Assembly (NCBI GenBank): GCA_964016885.1
Contig: OZ024741.1
Location: 109,678,001-109,742,000 of the forward strand
DNA length: 64,000 nt
Direction of reading: 5' to 3'
DNA from: Eledone cirrhosa
Lineage: Eukaryota
Below the pieces are notes generated by a model. It saw only the letters and a program-made list of their open reading frames with translations. It made no database searches and was not told the DNA's origin. This document shows, one piece after another, positions 13,440 to 28,116 of this stretch (positions are counted from its first letter, which is position 1; every line of letters starts with the position of its first letter). Position numbers and translations under genes: made by a program.

Positions 13440-14490
13440 GTCTTCTTCTTCTTCTTCTTCTTCTTCTTCTTCTTCTTCTTCTTCTTCTTCTTCTTCTTCT
13501 TCTTCTACCACTTATTCCTGAGAAGACTGTGGGGGTCAGAGTCCTCAAACTCTCCTTCCAGCAGGTCCTGTCAGAAGCAACCGCCTACACCTGATCCGAC
13601 TGGGTCCCCAAGCGAGATCAGCCAAGCTCATGGATGGTATCCAACCATCTTGCTCGGGGTCTATCCTCGGGTCTCCTGCCCATTGGCTTTTCCCGTAAAA
13701 TCTGTCCAGCGCTTCTTTCCTGGGAAATCCTAACGACATGCCCATAGTATCGGTGCTGTGATCTCTCGATTCGGAGAAGTGTAGCGGCTCTGCCAGGAGT
13801 GACTCTCTAATCGCTCAATCCAGTAACGTTACTATAAAGACTCTTCGGTGGAACCCCATTTCCGCCGCTTGTATTCGCGATCATATTCCTTCGGTAATTA
13901 CCCAAGATTCATGAAAATAGGTAAGGGTTGGCATGAATACCGAAGTGAAGATAGCAAGATTGGCTTTTATGCCTTCCTCCCTCTTTTGATTACTGAATGC
14001 GGAAGCTGGTGCATTACTGCACTGGCTCCTGCAATTCTTGCACTTAATTTGGTGTCCTGCCTTCCATCACTTGTGAACACGGCTCCAAGATACTTCAAGC
14101 CATCTGCTTCAGTGGAACTCCATTCACATGCAGAGTGCACTGCGCAGGCTTCTTTGAGAGGACGAGTGTCTCAGTTTTCGCAGCACTGATTTCCATTGCA
14201 GTTCTGCAAATTCCAGCCGACTGATTTTACACCCGCCAGTCATGATATCACTTCCAGCTCGGCTGCGTATGTCAAACCTGTTCATGTAAATAATGAACAG
14301 GAGAAGTGACAGAAGGCACCTTTGGCGGAGTCTGACTCCCACATTGAATGGTTTCGATTTAGTTCCATTTATCCGAACACAAATACACGGGCATTCGTAT
14401 AGAGACATCAGGGCAGCAAAAACTGACCATCGATCCCATACTCCTGCACAACCTTCCACAGCAGATCTCGAGGAACGCAGTCATATGCCT
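13440..14490 (-). mobile_element. RTE-clade LINE, 5'-truncated and internally deleted, with a (GAA)n tail
   Basis: ORF 14124..14459 (VRINGTKSKPFNVGVRLRQRCLLSLLLFIIYM..ISRLEFA) is a degenerate RT GxRQG...LxFADD. The 3' end runs into (TTC)n at 13441-13506. Homologous to 16590-17400 and 62025-62780. Confidence 0.8.
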
Positions 14491-14512
14491 TTTCAATTAT
14501 TATTATTATCAT

Positions 14513-15150
14513 GGTCGTGGATTGGCAGTATCGGTAGAGGGTCGGACGCCATGCTTTGTAGCATAGAGTTACGGCCCTTTATGATCTGAGTTGAAATCCC
14601 GCCGAAGTTAACTTTGCCTTTCATCCTTACGGGTTCGATAAAATAAAGTACTAGTCACGCACTGGGGTCGATTTAATCGACGTTTCCCTCTCCCCAGGTT
14701 TCTGGCCTTGTGCCAATTGTATAAATTATAGGTGAGTTGGCTGAATCGTTAGAGCATCGGATTATTTGAATCGCAGTATTTCGTTACGATCTTCTACATT
14801 CTAGTTCCAAATCCTGCCAATGTCAACTTTGTCTTTCATCCTATCCTTCTGAGGTCGATAATAAAAAGTACCAGTAATGTGCTGGAGTTAATATAACCGT
14901 CTTTCCTTACTTCACAAACTAATAGCATTGTGCCTAAATTAGAAATCATTACTTTGTTCGGTGGATTGGCAGTATCGGTAGAGAGTCGGACGCCATGCTT
15001 TCCAGCATACTTACGTCCCTTTACGGTCTGAGTTCAAATTCCGCCGCGGTTCACTCTGCCTTTCATCCTTACGGGATCGATAAAATAAAATACCAGTAAT
15101 GTACTAAGTAATTGCTGGCCTTGTGCCAAAAAAGTAGAAACAATTATTTT
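14513..15150 (+). mobile_element. Three tandem OK-like SINE copies (~14513-14730, ~14730-14950, ~14960-15150)
   Basis: Repeated TGGATTGGCAGTATCGG / GTT(C/G)AAATCC / CTTTCATCCT..GTCGATAAAATAAAGTACCAG blocks. Confidence 0.8.
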
Positions 15151-15630
15151 GTGTTGTGTTGTTATTATAAAGGTTCAATAAAATTGACTACACCCGCCTC
15201 CCTAGAATATGCAACCATGCGTAAATGTTAAATTACTAATACACATGTAAATTCACTCACATAAATTTACTTATATACATAAATATTATTGTTGTTGATT
15301 GTGTTGCGAAGGATGTTGTTGATGAGGCTGCGGTTATTGTTGACATTGCTGTTGTTTTTTTATTATTGTTTTTTTTTTTGTTTCTGTTGTTCTTGATGAT
15401 GGCGCTGAGGGAGATGTTGTTATGGACATTGCTGTTGTCGTTATTGTTGTGTTGTCGTTATTGTTGCTGTTGTTGTTGTTGCTGTTGTCGTTATTGTTGC
15501 TGTTGTCGTTATTGTTGCTGTTGTTTTTGTAACTCTTTTTCTTGTTGTTGCTTGTTACAAAATAAGATTATAATTCCAGTAAAAATATTACGTCAAATTA
15601 CTAATGCACATGTATATAGACACACATATA

Positions 15631-15664
<34 letters not shown>

Positions 15665-16589
15665 CATACATACATACATACATACATACATACATACATA
15701 CATACATACATACATACATACTTACATACATACATATACATACTTACATACATACAAACTCAGATACACTGACCTGGACTCGGAACACACAAATCTATGT
15801 AAACATATTCGCATACAGTCACACGCAATAGCACACATATATACACACATATAGGTACACTCATATACATACAGAGACACATATATTATTACGCAGGCAC
15901 ACATACACATAGACACTCAGTTCCAAACAATTTAAAAAGTTGTTATTTTTTCATTTTGCCTGTGTTTGATGTCAGAGATTGTGTTGGGTGTACATGTATG
16001 AATGTAATTATGTATGTATGTAATTATGTACGTATGTATGCATGATCCTATATACGTACGCATGTATGTATATGTATGCGTGTATGTATGTGTTTATGTA
16101 TGTGTGCATGTATGTATATGTGTGTATGAAAAATGTGCATATATATATGTGTATGCATATATGTATATATCTATATGTGTATGTATGTGTGCATGTATGT
16201 ATGTGCGTATGTGCGAATGTTTGTGTATATATGTCTGTCTCTGTGTACAGATGTATGTATGAATATGTGTGTATGCTGGTGTATGTGTGCATGTACGTAT
16301 GAATGTATGTATGCAGGTATTTGTATGTTTGTAGGCATGTATGTATGTATGTGTGTACGTATGTTTGTACGTACAGATGTATGTATGAATATGTGTGTAT
16401 GCTGGTGTATGTGTGCATGTACGTATGAATGTATGTATGCACGTATTTGTATGTTTGTAGGCATGTATGTATGTAAGTATGTGTGTATGTATGTTTGTAC
16501 GTACATATGTATGTATGTAAGTATGTATGTAAGTATGTGTGTATGTATGTTTGTACGTACATATGTATGTATGTAAGTATGTATGTATG

Positions 16590-17400
16590 TAGGTAGGTGT
16601 GCTCTGATGCTGTGGACATGTAGCTAGAATGTCTAAGGTAAGAATGGCTGGGCAGATTTTACAGGCAGAATCAACTGGCAGGAGACCCATCGGTAGAACC
16701 AGAGCAAGATTATTAAATAACATCCTTGATTTCGTTTGGACTGGCTTGGTGACCCAGCCAGATCAATTGGAGACAGTTGCTTCTGGTAGGACCATCTAGA
16801 GCAGGGGTTCCCAACCTTTTCGTCGTTATCGCCCACTTTTCCACACCCCAAAATTCCCATCCTGTGCAGTAATGTTAAGGACGCCAAAATAAAGCATTAT
16901 TCAGAACGGTTGCTTAAAAATTGAAATATTTATTGAGATGAAATATTGCAAAATGGGCGTTCGGAGTTGAAACGTTATTCAGAAGAATGAAGTTTTTGAT
17001 TGCTAAATGTTTCTCAATGAAACAAAATTGAAAAATGATACATGTATTAAATGTTCAACAAACTCACCATGTTTAGTTTCCAGTGTGATCCTTGAGGCTG
17101 ATGCGACGCAGCTAGTGCAGACACACTAGGGCAGAGCGAATCCGAGTTCTGTGATTACAGCATACCGGCCATTATATGATCAATAACATACTTAATTACA
17201 GAAAATCCTTTGTCACTCACTAAAATTTTAGATCGCCCACCATTTCCTAAAAATTCGTTCATCGCCCACCCGATAGTTGAAATCGCCCAGGCTGGGAAAC
17301 CCTGATCTAGAGGGTGTGTCTGAGGTCTCGGTCCTCACGGCCCTTCCAAGAAGAAGAAGAAGAAGAAGAAGAAGAAGAAGAAGAAGAAGAAGAAGAAGAA
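16590..17400 (+). mobile_element. RTE-clade LINE 3' end with a (GAA)n tail, interrupted by a hAT MITE
   Basis: 16610-16800 and 17313-17348 match the reverse complement of 13510-13745; (AAG)n at 17348-17401. Confidence 0.7.
16802..17304. mobile_element. hAT (Charlie-type) non-autonomous DNA transposon / MITE, 503 bp
   Basis: TIRs CAGGGGTTCCCAACCT and AGGCTGGGAAACCCTG. Perfect 8-bp TSD ATCTAGAG at 16794-16801 and 17305-17312, matching the NTCTAGAN target preference of Charlie hATs. Confidence 0.9.
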
Positions 17401-17522
17401 AGGGCGGAAGAGCAATGGGCAGGTTCTACACCTATTTTTACGTGGTTTATCTCTGTTGCGGTGTGTGTGTGTGTGTGTGTTTGTGAGTGTGTGTGTGCGT
17501 GTGTGTCCGTGTCTCTGTGTGT

Positions 17523-17575
<53 letters not shown>

Positions 17576-18366
17576 TGTGTAGTGTATCAGTGTCTGTCTT
17601 TATGTGTATGTGCTTGTCTCTCTCTGTGTGAGTGAATCTATATGTAGATGTGTGTCTACGGATGTTTGTGTGTGTCCGTTTGTGTTCATGTATGAATGTG
17701 TGTGAGTACGTGTGTATATGTATGTGTGTGAGCATGTGGATCTATATATGTGTTTGTGTCTATATTTAACAGTGTGTTCAGGCATATATGTCTACATATA
17801 CGTGTGTGTGTTTGACTGTGCGTGTATCTGTGTGTGCCTGTGTGTGTGTGTACCTTCATGTTAGTGTGTGTCTATATATGCGTGAATGTATGTGTCGGTG
17901 TATATATGTATGTGTATGTGTCAATGTGTTTGTATGTGCCTCGAGCATTTTTAGCAAATTCATTAACGTCGAGCTTTTCGAAAACAATGAATAATTTAGC
18001 AACCCCATTAATAGCAAGCCTTTCACAGACATTCCTAAACGTAGCTCAGTCCATTACATCTTCACATTTCAAAGAATCCACCGAAGCATTTATCAATACG
18101 CACCCTAACTTTCCAACAAACTGAATACAACCTATCTTTGAATAAAATTACGCTTAACGATCAAAACTTTTCAGAACAATATTTTATTCTTATAATTTCT
18201 TTCTTTTTTATATATTGTATAGTTGTTTGTTAATGATAAATCTTTATTATATACTTCAATAGTAGCTAAATACACCCTCAAATCATATCCTATCATTCAT
18301 AGGTGTAGAAATCAGTCACTCATGAATTCACGCCTTCATACGCCTGTAATGAGCCGACGGGAGAGC

Positions 18367-18430
<64 letters not shown>

Positions 18431-18844
18431 CTACACGGTCACACAACGTACTAGAAATAGCAGAAAATTCATTACCATGTTCCTTGTATACTGTCATAAA
18501 AAAGCACGTTAGACAATGTTATGGGAAAGTCATGGTGGGAATACTCTAGATCATATGATTAACCTGGGGCTAAACAAAAGTAAAAACAACAAATTTACAT
18601 GGTCATTCCACATGCTAATTGCTGTCATAAAAATAATACTTTGGTTAATGTAGACCTCGGATCCATACACAAGGACGGGATGAACACGGATGGAATGCCT
18701 TTAACCACAGGGCTGCTCAGCCATGTCTAAAGAACAACAAAAATAACAACGTAAGAGCTTTGCTGTATGATCCAAGATTTGAAACATACGACTGCGTTAT
18801 CAGAGGTGAACTATAGGTAAATCATATTTTCTAACATTGATAGT

Positions 18845-19180
18845 CGATTATCATTATCATCCGGCGTCCTCAGCCGAAATTGACTCAACAATTGATCTCC
18901 ACGTGGGTCTGTCGTTCATTACCGTTGCCAAGTCCTGGATTTCAATACCAGAATCTCTGGAGATGACATCGGAAAAGGAGGAGAGCTTGCGCCCCCTGTT
19001 ATTAGTGACTTCTTGTGGTTTCCAAAGCACTAGAGGGGACTGAGCCTCAGAGGTGGCACGATGGCAGTGGTCAGCAAATCTTACTCGCCTTTTACGTACA
19101 ACGACAGATGTGCATGGGAGGCCGGCATATATTTCTTTCAAAGTCAGATTTCGCCAGCTTATGTTCTGAATGCGTCGACG
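18845..19180 (-). mobile_element. RTE-clade LINE C-terminal fragment (a different subfamily)
   Basis: ORF 18857..19141: RRVRFADHCHR..LVLWKP..RGR..D.I.RDSG..L...MNDRPTWR, a typical RTE C-terminus, followed by a TGA/TAA-rich tail. Confidence 0.75.
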
Positions 19181-19764
19181 TAGGTGAGTGTAGGGGCCAT
19201 AGTGAGTGACTGTTTTATCGACCCTGAAAAATGAAAGGCAGCGGGATTTGAACCCAGGAGAATGAAGAGCCCAAAAGAATACTGGTACGCGTTTATGCGA
19301 CGCTCTAAACTCCTATGACAATCCACGGACCTTTAATAATGGTGATGATATTCATCATCATGATAATACTATTGTTGCTTAACCTCGGGTCGATTAGATC
19401 GATGGTTAATAAATTCCACGGCATTCCACCCATGACTATGCCATGTTTGTCTTATGTGCTGGAAACTTATGTCCACATTAAGTCGTTTGTGGTTTGAAAG
19501 TGATTTGGCTGCTATTGCTTGCTAGTAAAGACTTCTAACTATGGTTAAATAATAACAATATGGAATTCTCTGACTATATCAACGATGACAATTTGGATGT
19601 TCTACCAACTGAGTTCCTATTCATGAAATCAACGTTGTTTAGCATTCCGCAAACACGAGTATTTAGGCCGAATCAGCATGATAAATTAGGCGACAAAGAT
19701 GCAGCTTCGAATTATAGGTATAATCACAGATATGGCAGAGAGGGAGACTGCATATTGGGGACTG

Positions 19765-19885
19765 TATCAGGACTTTATTTATCGACCTCGAAAGTATGAA
19801 AGCAAAAGTTATCCTTGGTGAGATTTGAACTCAGGGCGCAGAAAACGGGATCGAATATTGCAAAGCATTCTATCCGACGTCTTAC
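19765..19885 (-). mobile_element. Diverged OK-like SINE fragment
   Basis: ACTTTATTTATCGACCTCGAAAGTATGAAAG..GATTTGAACTCAG..TCCGACG. Another fragment lies at ~19205-19315. Confidence 0.6.
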
Positions 19886-19899
19886 GATACTCTCTCTCT

Positions 19900-19968
<69 letters not shown>

Positions 19969-20920
19969 CTCTCTCTCTCTCTCACATACACACACACACA
20001 CACAACACACACACACACACACAACACACACACACACATCTCGCTTTCGCTTTCTGGAGGAAATTAGCTGTATTCTAATTTGGTGAGGTATGGGCTCCCC
20101 CGGATTAAAAATGTCCAAGAAACGCAGTGCTTCTACTACGACTACGACTAACTCACGTGTTTGACACAATCTGCCTGTTGTTGTTATTGTAGTAGTAGTA
20201 GTAGTAGTAGTAATAGTAGTAGTATATGGTGGTGCTTAGGTCGTGATGGATTAGTGTTGATGGCAGCGGTGGTGGTGCTAATGATAAGTTCGAAGTTTTG
20301 TAAATATAATTGTAATGGTGGTAGTGGTGTTGACCATGATAAGAGTGATGATAATGATGATGGTGGTGGCGGTGGTATTGGTGGTGGTGGTGGTGGTGGA
20401 GGGAGTGATGGTGTTGGTCATCGTAATGATGCTTGTGGGAAGTTGGTGGTGGTTTTAGTGATGATGATGATGATGATGATGATGACGGTGATGGTGATGA
20501 TGATGATGATGATGATGGTGATGGTGATGATGGTGATGGTGATGGTGATGATGATGTTAGTGGTGGTGATCGTTGTTGTCATGGTGATGATGACGAAGAT
20601 AGTGGTGGTGGTGGTGGTGGTGGTGGTGGTGGTGGTGGTGATGAAGGCAGGAATGGTGGGCGGTAGTGTGGTGGTGGAGGGGGTGTCTGTGTAGTGTCGA
20701 GTGAAAAGATTACCAAGAAAATGAGAAAGAGAGAAGAGAGGGAGAAAAATAATAAGAGGGAATGTGTGTGTGAAACAGAGAGAGAACGAGAGAGTGTGTG
20801 TGTGTATGTGAGAGAGAGAGAGGGGGATAAGAGGGCGAACGCAAGAGAGATAGAGATAGAGGAGATAGGGAGAACAAGGGTATGTGTGAGAAAGAGAGAG
20901 GGGGGGGGGTGAAAGAGAGA

Positions 20921-20983
<63 letters not shown>

Positions 20984-21441
20984 GGTAAGATGGAGAACGG
21001 GATAGAGAAGGAGAGAGAGAAATAAAGTTAAGGTTTTTGTTGCGATTAACTTGCCATTTCAGGTTGGCTATTTCACGCTCTATGACAACACCCCTCGGGT
21101 GGGGAGGACTAACGGGTGCTGTGTCGGCAGGTTCGGGGGGTTGTGACGTGTTGGGGAGGGTGATTGCGGGTGGGGAAGGGAGTAGGGATGATGAAATGGT
21201 TTTTGCAGAACTGACTGGCACTATGTCGTTTAAGATAGACTGGGAAATACCTTGAATAGGGTTGATCTAAGAGAGAGGGAGGCAAGAAAATGAGAGAGAG
21301 AGTGGGGTGAGAGAGATAGAGAGAGAATGACTGAAATAGAGGGTCAGATGGCAATGATGATGAAGAGGAGGGGGAGGTAGGGAGAGACGAGAGACATAGA
21401 GTCATTTTAGTTTACATAATGGCGTCATTTGAAGCTTAGAT

Positions 21442-21485
<44 letters not shown>

Positions 21486-21590
21486 CGCATATACGCGTGT
21501 ATGTATGTGTGTGTGTACATTAGCTATAAAGTAAACTGTTTAAATGTTTAAATATAAATTTCATATAGGCCGTACTTATAAATGACTTAA

Positions 21591-21650
<60 letters not shown>

Positions 21651-21944
21651 GTGACGTTTTTTTTACAAAATGAAAAATAACCGAGGTGTCCTACACGAGT
21701 GAAAGTATAAAGAAAAAAAAGATGAAATCGAAAATGCAACTGGAGTCTTATTTTTTTTTAAATATATATATTTATTTGGTTCCTTTACCGGTTTCGCAGT
21801 TCTTCTGCTTTTCAAAAGTAGAGTTGAGATGGAGGGTCTGTGGTTTTTCTCACATATATACATATATATATATATTGGCAGGAGCAGTAAGATAGCGTTA
21901 AGCATAATAGGAGCGTATATAAAAGCATATAATATGTCTATATA

Positions 21945-22690
21945 CTATAAACATATGAGAACCTAGCTATCAAAGAAAAGATATTTTTTCGATATGAAGT
22001 CGTTGAGAATACCAGATAGCTGTTTCAAGATTCGTTAGTGACATTTACGCAAACGAACATCTCCAGGAAATATTGATCACAGAAAATTTAAATAGGGTCT
22101 TGTCTATTTTCATCTCAATACCAGTTAAGTGAATGTCACTGATGAGATGTCAATGAATCTTGAAATAGCTGTCTGGCATTCTCAACGGCTACGGAGATAT
22201 CTCGGATAAGTTCATAGAGCAAAAGAGGAAAGACATTTTTTTCGTAAAATATTCTTTATTTGATAGTGAGGATCTCTGTAGTTTTCGTTTATAAACATAT
22301 AGTATCTATATTCACATATACCTATATCTTAAGGCTCCTGTCAATTAACTATAACCAGAAAAGTTCGCACTATATGCAGTGAAGCATTTTCAGCCAATGT
22401 TTTCTATTTGCTATATGCAAATAAGCATCCAACAAATGTTCATCATACAATATCTATATAGGCTCTAGTCTATTTTCATCTCAGTACCGTTTGAGGGGAT
22501 ATCACTGATGTAAGATTTATGAACCTTGAAACAGTTGTTGACATTTTCAATGCCTACTGATATATATGTGACATATTCACAGAGCAAAAGAGAGAAATAT
22601 AATTTTTTCTTCTCTAAAAAGTATTTTTCATTGATGGCGAGGCTATCATATGTTTTTTTATATAAAAAATATAGCATATGCTTTCAGCCG
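21945..22690. mobile_element. Diverged HHR-bearing repeat: one inverted partial copy (~21945-22050, -) and two tandem copies (~22090 and ~22456, +; period ~366)
   Basis: HHR at 22131-22181: GAATGTCA-CTGATGA-GAT..ATC-tt-GAAA-TAGCTG-TC-TGGCATTC (8-bp stem I). Second copy at 22497-22547 has the core CTGATGT. Confidence 0.7.
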
Positions 22691-22951
22691 ATTGTGTTGT
22701 TATTTCTGTTTACCTTTTATATATATATAAAATATGGATTGAGGAAGGCGAGGCTTAGGGTTAGGGTTAGGATATAACTTTCCCTGTTTATGTCCCTTCC
22801 TGTTTTGTCGCGTTCCAGTGTGCACTGGAATGAAAAGAATCAACCTTAATATACTGAAATTGCAAAGATTTCCTGAGTCTGACTAGGGCGAAGGGACTGC
22901 CCGTTTTTCGTTGTTTTTTACGTTGACTTTGTTCTGTGAGTCCCCCTGTTT

Positions 22952-23000
<49 letters not shown>

Positions 23001-23913
23001 GTGTGTGTGTCTGTGTGTGTCTGTGTGTGTGTGTATTTGTATGTGTGTCTGTATGCATGTCTGCCTGTCAGCCTGTTTGACTGTGTGTGTGTAAATGTCT
23101 GTGATATAATGAATATTACATCTGACAAAATTATAAATCATAATCCCACATTTAATTAAATCTCTTACTATATAATGTTCACCTTCATTTACGTGATGGA
23201 CGTAAATGGAGTGAATCAATCGCTTCCACATACGAATTTGTTTAGATATTTAAAATATACAATAACGAAAGTGAGACATTGAAGTGTAGACATTGAAATT
23301 ATAGTGAGAACTTGTGAAAGGGAGGTTCTCGACTCTACACCCTTGACTGTGAGGCATATCTCAACAGCGTACCGTTGACGAGTCGTAAAACATATTCTTA
23401 TGAAGAATATCCAGCGAAACCAGCAGCATTAGCCATTTCTCTTCACGGAGCCCCTATCTCGTACGAGATGCCCTCCTCCCAATTTTGCGAAGGGAAACTG
23501 TAGTTTGGAGACCGATGTTACCGTAGGTCTCATTGGCAACAGGCACAAAAAAGACAAAAAAAAACTGTCGGTCAAATTCAGGTTGTCTGATTACCTTCCG
23601 TGCTTCTACGTTACGCCTGTTCCTCGACTAAAAACCAATTGGCTGAAGCTGTTCAATATATAGTGATACTTCATCCAATTTAATTTACAAATTGTTAATG
23701 ATCTATCTAATCATTTTTTAGGTGAACTTTTACGAACAAGAGTTTTATTTAATACTGGAAACTGTGATACTTCTATACACTCGCTAGAAATGCTAGAAAT
23801 AGCAGTTAATCCTTACCCAAATTAAAATTTGATGTAAACAAAAGAAGGACAAATTGGGAAATGTTGTTCTTGCTATGCTATATCATAAAAAGCATACACA
23901 CACTTATCTAACC

Positions 23914-23946
<33 letters not shown>

Positions 23947-23956
23947 CACGCACACA

Positions 23957-24021
<65 letters not shown>

Positions 24022-24023
24022 AC

Positions 24024-24062
<39 letters not shown>

Positions 24063-24367
24063 GACAGGGATTTCAAGATTAAACTTTTGCGTCATATTCA
24101 CCAAGTTGAATTATCATTATTCCGAGCAAAATTACCTTTATCAAGATACAGATAGGACAAAAATAGATTCGATCTCAGAAGATGACCTCTTAGAATTGGT
24201 ATCGCATACAATCTTTCCATGCCGCTTCACATTTCAGCTCAAACTTTCACGGTTTTTAGAGTTGTGAAAATGTTATCACTTTCACAAAAATATCAATTTA
24301 ATTGTACTTTATAATTCAGTACAAAAGACACCGCCATTCACTTTTTTGTTCTCAATTCATGTATGTA

Positions 24368-24420
<53 letters not shown>

Positions 24421-24551
24421 GTGTGTGTGCGTGTGCGCGTGTGGGGATCGGGGGCGTGAGGGTATGTCTGTGTATGTCTGTAGGGGGTGCACACAAGTAT
24501 TTTTCTCTCTCACTCTTTCTTTCTCTCTCTTATATATGTGTATATATACAT

Positions 24552-24585
<34 letters not shown>

Positions 24586-24775
24586 GTAGATAAATCTACC
24601 ACAATATACGGTAGTGTCCAATCCGTATGAAGAACTCAATGTAATCCGGATATCATGAAAAGAGAAGATGCATTCAAAAACTACTTTCGGTGAAAAATAA
24701 ACGGAAAACAGAGTCAAGATAAATTAATAAAATAATGAATAAACAAAGAAACAGTTCCTTATATTAAAAAAAATA

Positions 24776-24807
<32 letters not shown>

Positions 24808-24810
24808 TTA

Positions 24811-25027
24811 ATCGATCGACTTTCGTCAAATCGGACCGAGGAAACAATGTTTCCGTTGGTCTTTCCAGTTGCTAGTACTATCTATCGGTCACAACTCCAG
24901 GTAGAAGGAGCAACGTGAAATAAAGTGTCTTGCTCAAGGACATAACGCATCACCCGGTCCAGGAATCGAACTCACAACCTCAAGATTGTGAATCCAATTC
25001 TCTAACCACTCAGCCACACGCCTTCAC
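24811..25027 (-). mobile_element. OR1/OR2-like tRNA-derived SINE
   Basis: Closely similar to 5050-5266; B box GAGTTCGATTCC on the minus strand. Confidence 0.8.
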
Positions 25028-25040
25028 AAATTTATATATA

Positions 25041-25305
<265 letters not shown>

Positions 25306-25681
25306 TCTACGTTCCTATATGCTTAGTGTGCGTGTAAGAGAGAGTGGGTGTGTGTGTTTAGTCTTGTTTCTAGTCCATCTTGCTACGAAACCTTATGTTT
25401 TGTATTCTTCAACAAAGAATTCCAATATAACAACGGAGATCAAAGATTAACGGTACGAAGGAAATAGCAGAAGATTCACTTGGCATTCTAAAACCAATTC
25501 CAATAATCAAATCTGTTAGCTTTTTCTTTCATTTTCTGTCTTCTAGGGGGGACTGAAATTCCAATTAATAACGTAAAGTCCCAAAACTGTTCTTTGAGTT
25601 GATCTAAAATATCTTATCTTCAAGAATTGAGGGTGCCGGTTGTAAATATCAACATTTTTCTTTAGCCTGGTTTATTTATGG

Positions 25682-25806
<125 letters not shown>

Positions 25807-25855
25807 GATAGATATAAGTGATATTAAATATGAAACTATAACCTCGTCAACATAA

Positions 25856-25909
<54 letters not shown>

Positions 25910-26061
25910 ATTTGTTTTTCTACTTTCACCTGGTTAACTCTAAACGAGCAACTAAATCTACGTATACTACCTTGCAGTTCTCTTTGTGAAAATATATTTT
26001 ATGTATGTATGTATGTATCCATGCATGTTATATACATATATATGTATGTGTACATATACAT

Positions 26062-26402
26062 GTGAAGGCGCATGTCTTTGTGGTTAGAGCGTCGGGCTTA
26101 CAATCATGTGGTTGTGAGTTTGATTCTCAGACCGGGCTTTGCATTGTATCCTTGAGCAAACACACTTTATTTCAAGTTACTCCAGTTTACTCAGCTGTAT
26201 AAATGATTTGAGACGTCACTGGTGCCAAATTGTATCGGCCATTGCCTTTCTCTTGGACAACATCGGTGGCGTGGAGAGGCGAGACTGGTATGCATGGGTG
26301 ACTGCGGGTCTTCTACAAACAATGTTACCCGGACTTGTGCCTCGGAGAGAAACTTTCTAGGTGCAAATCCCATGGACATTTGTGACCGAAAGTGGTCTTT
26401 AC
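26062..26402 (+). mobile_element. Full-length-looking OR2-like CORE SINE
   Basis: GTGAAGGCGCATG..GTGGTTAGAGCG (A box), GAGTTTGATTC (B box), TCCTTGAGCAAACACACTT, and a 3' tail CTAGGTGCAAATCCCATGG..GTGACCGAA. A degenerate minus-strand copy lies at ~28745-28978. Confidence 0.75.
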
Positions 26403-26431
26403 ATATACATGTATATGTGTATGTACGCACG

Positions 26432-26485
<54 letters not shown>

Positions 26486-26486
26486 T

Positions 26487-26593
26487 TCAGGACCCCAACG
26501 GCAGAGCTCAAGCCGTTTCGTCGCCTATTTCTGGACTGAAATAGTCCAGAAATAGGCGTCGAAACGGCTTGAGCTCTGTTGTCGGGGTCCTGA
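26487..26593. repeat. Family B fold-back hairpin
   Basis: TCAGGACCCCAACGGCAGAGCTCAAGCCGTTTCG..CTGGACT gaaat AGTCCAG..CGAAACGGCTTGAGCTCTGTTGTCGGGGTCCTGA. Confidence 0.85.
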
Positions 26594-26620
26594 GTATCGA
26601 GTACTCTGGTGGGTTATGGT

Positions 26621-26753
<133 letters not shown>

Positions 26754-27306
26754 TATAAGTGTGTACATGTATTTACAATGTGAGAGTAAATATATATATA
26801 TATATTGTTTTTTGGTTTTTTTTTTGCTTTACTCATTGGAGAGTTAGATCATGGCTTACAGTGTTTTGTGTATTATATTCACACTTGTACATGACTGGTA
26901 CTTATTTCACAAACCGCAGAAGATTAGCAAGATTAGCAAATACCACAAGCATTGAGTGACTGTGGTGTGTGTTACACACAAATCAGAGACACAGAAATAC
27001 ATAGATGAATATAAACATATATTAGTAGGAGCGCGTGATTTTGTTTGGACATACATACATCGATATTTTTGGGTCTTTTCTTTGCCCTTTTTTTCTGTTA
27101 TATATTGTGATCCTGTCTCTATATAGTACTCCCGAAGCAGAGCTAAAGCTCTACACGTCGAACTTTCTTTCGTCTTTCCAATATAAAGCATGAGACTACT
27201 AAGATTTTTTGTACCTCTGTTTGTTGTGTCCTTGAACTATATATATCTGCTTCACAACCGACAGACCATAATGTGTCAGCACATCCCTGCTCTGTTAACC
27301 CCACAC

Positions 27307-27346
<40 letters not shown>

Positions 27347-27609
27347 AAAAAGTAATCAACAACAACAAGGAGTACAGTTACGAAAGATGTTAGGTATTAG
27401 GGAAACTTATGCTAGTCCTGTCAACTTCCTATTATCTCTCTCTGTTTCCTTACATGAATTTCTTCTCTCTATCTATCTTTCTATCTCTCTCTATTTAGTT
27501 GCATGCATTTCTTCTTTTTCTTCGTTTTTCTTTCTTTCTTTCTTTCTTTCTTTTTACAACTGTCCATAATATTTGTACTACCAAATCAACTTTTCAAATG
27601 CAAGTCGAT

Positions 27610-27762
27610 GTTGAAAGGTATGTCGAATCTATCTATTTATAAGACTGTTTATAATGTATTTTGTCTGAAGAAGGCATAACATATTTTTAATATGATATCC
27701 CTGAAATATATATAATGAAATAAATATGGTTTTATAAATATAATTTCCATTTATTTAATATC

Positions 27763-27797
<35 letters not shown>

Positions 27798-28116
27798 AAA
27801 GTTCTATTTAAAATTGTTGGGATACAACAAGTAAATATTTTTATAACTGATATAAAGCACTCGACAAGTATTTGGAGTAGATATACGATATTAATAAATG
27901 GAAACTATATTTATAAAACCATATTTATTTCACTATCCGGATGGCTTCCAAAAACAATGGTTGCATTTTAAAAGGGTACGTCAAAGCTTATTTGTAAAAC
28001 TGTTATATATTGTATTTTGTCTGATGAAGGCATACCATAATTTAATTTGGTATCCCTGAAATATGTATAATGAAATAAATATGGTTTTATAAATATAGTT
28101 TCCATTTATTAATATC

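Noticed and set aside
22755-22771. TTAGGG x2.8 telomere-like repeat
   Set aside because: Too short to indicate an interstitial telomere or a healing event.
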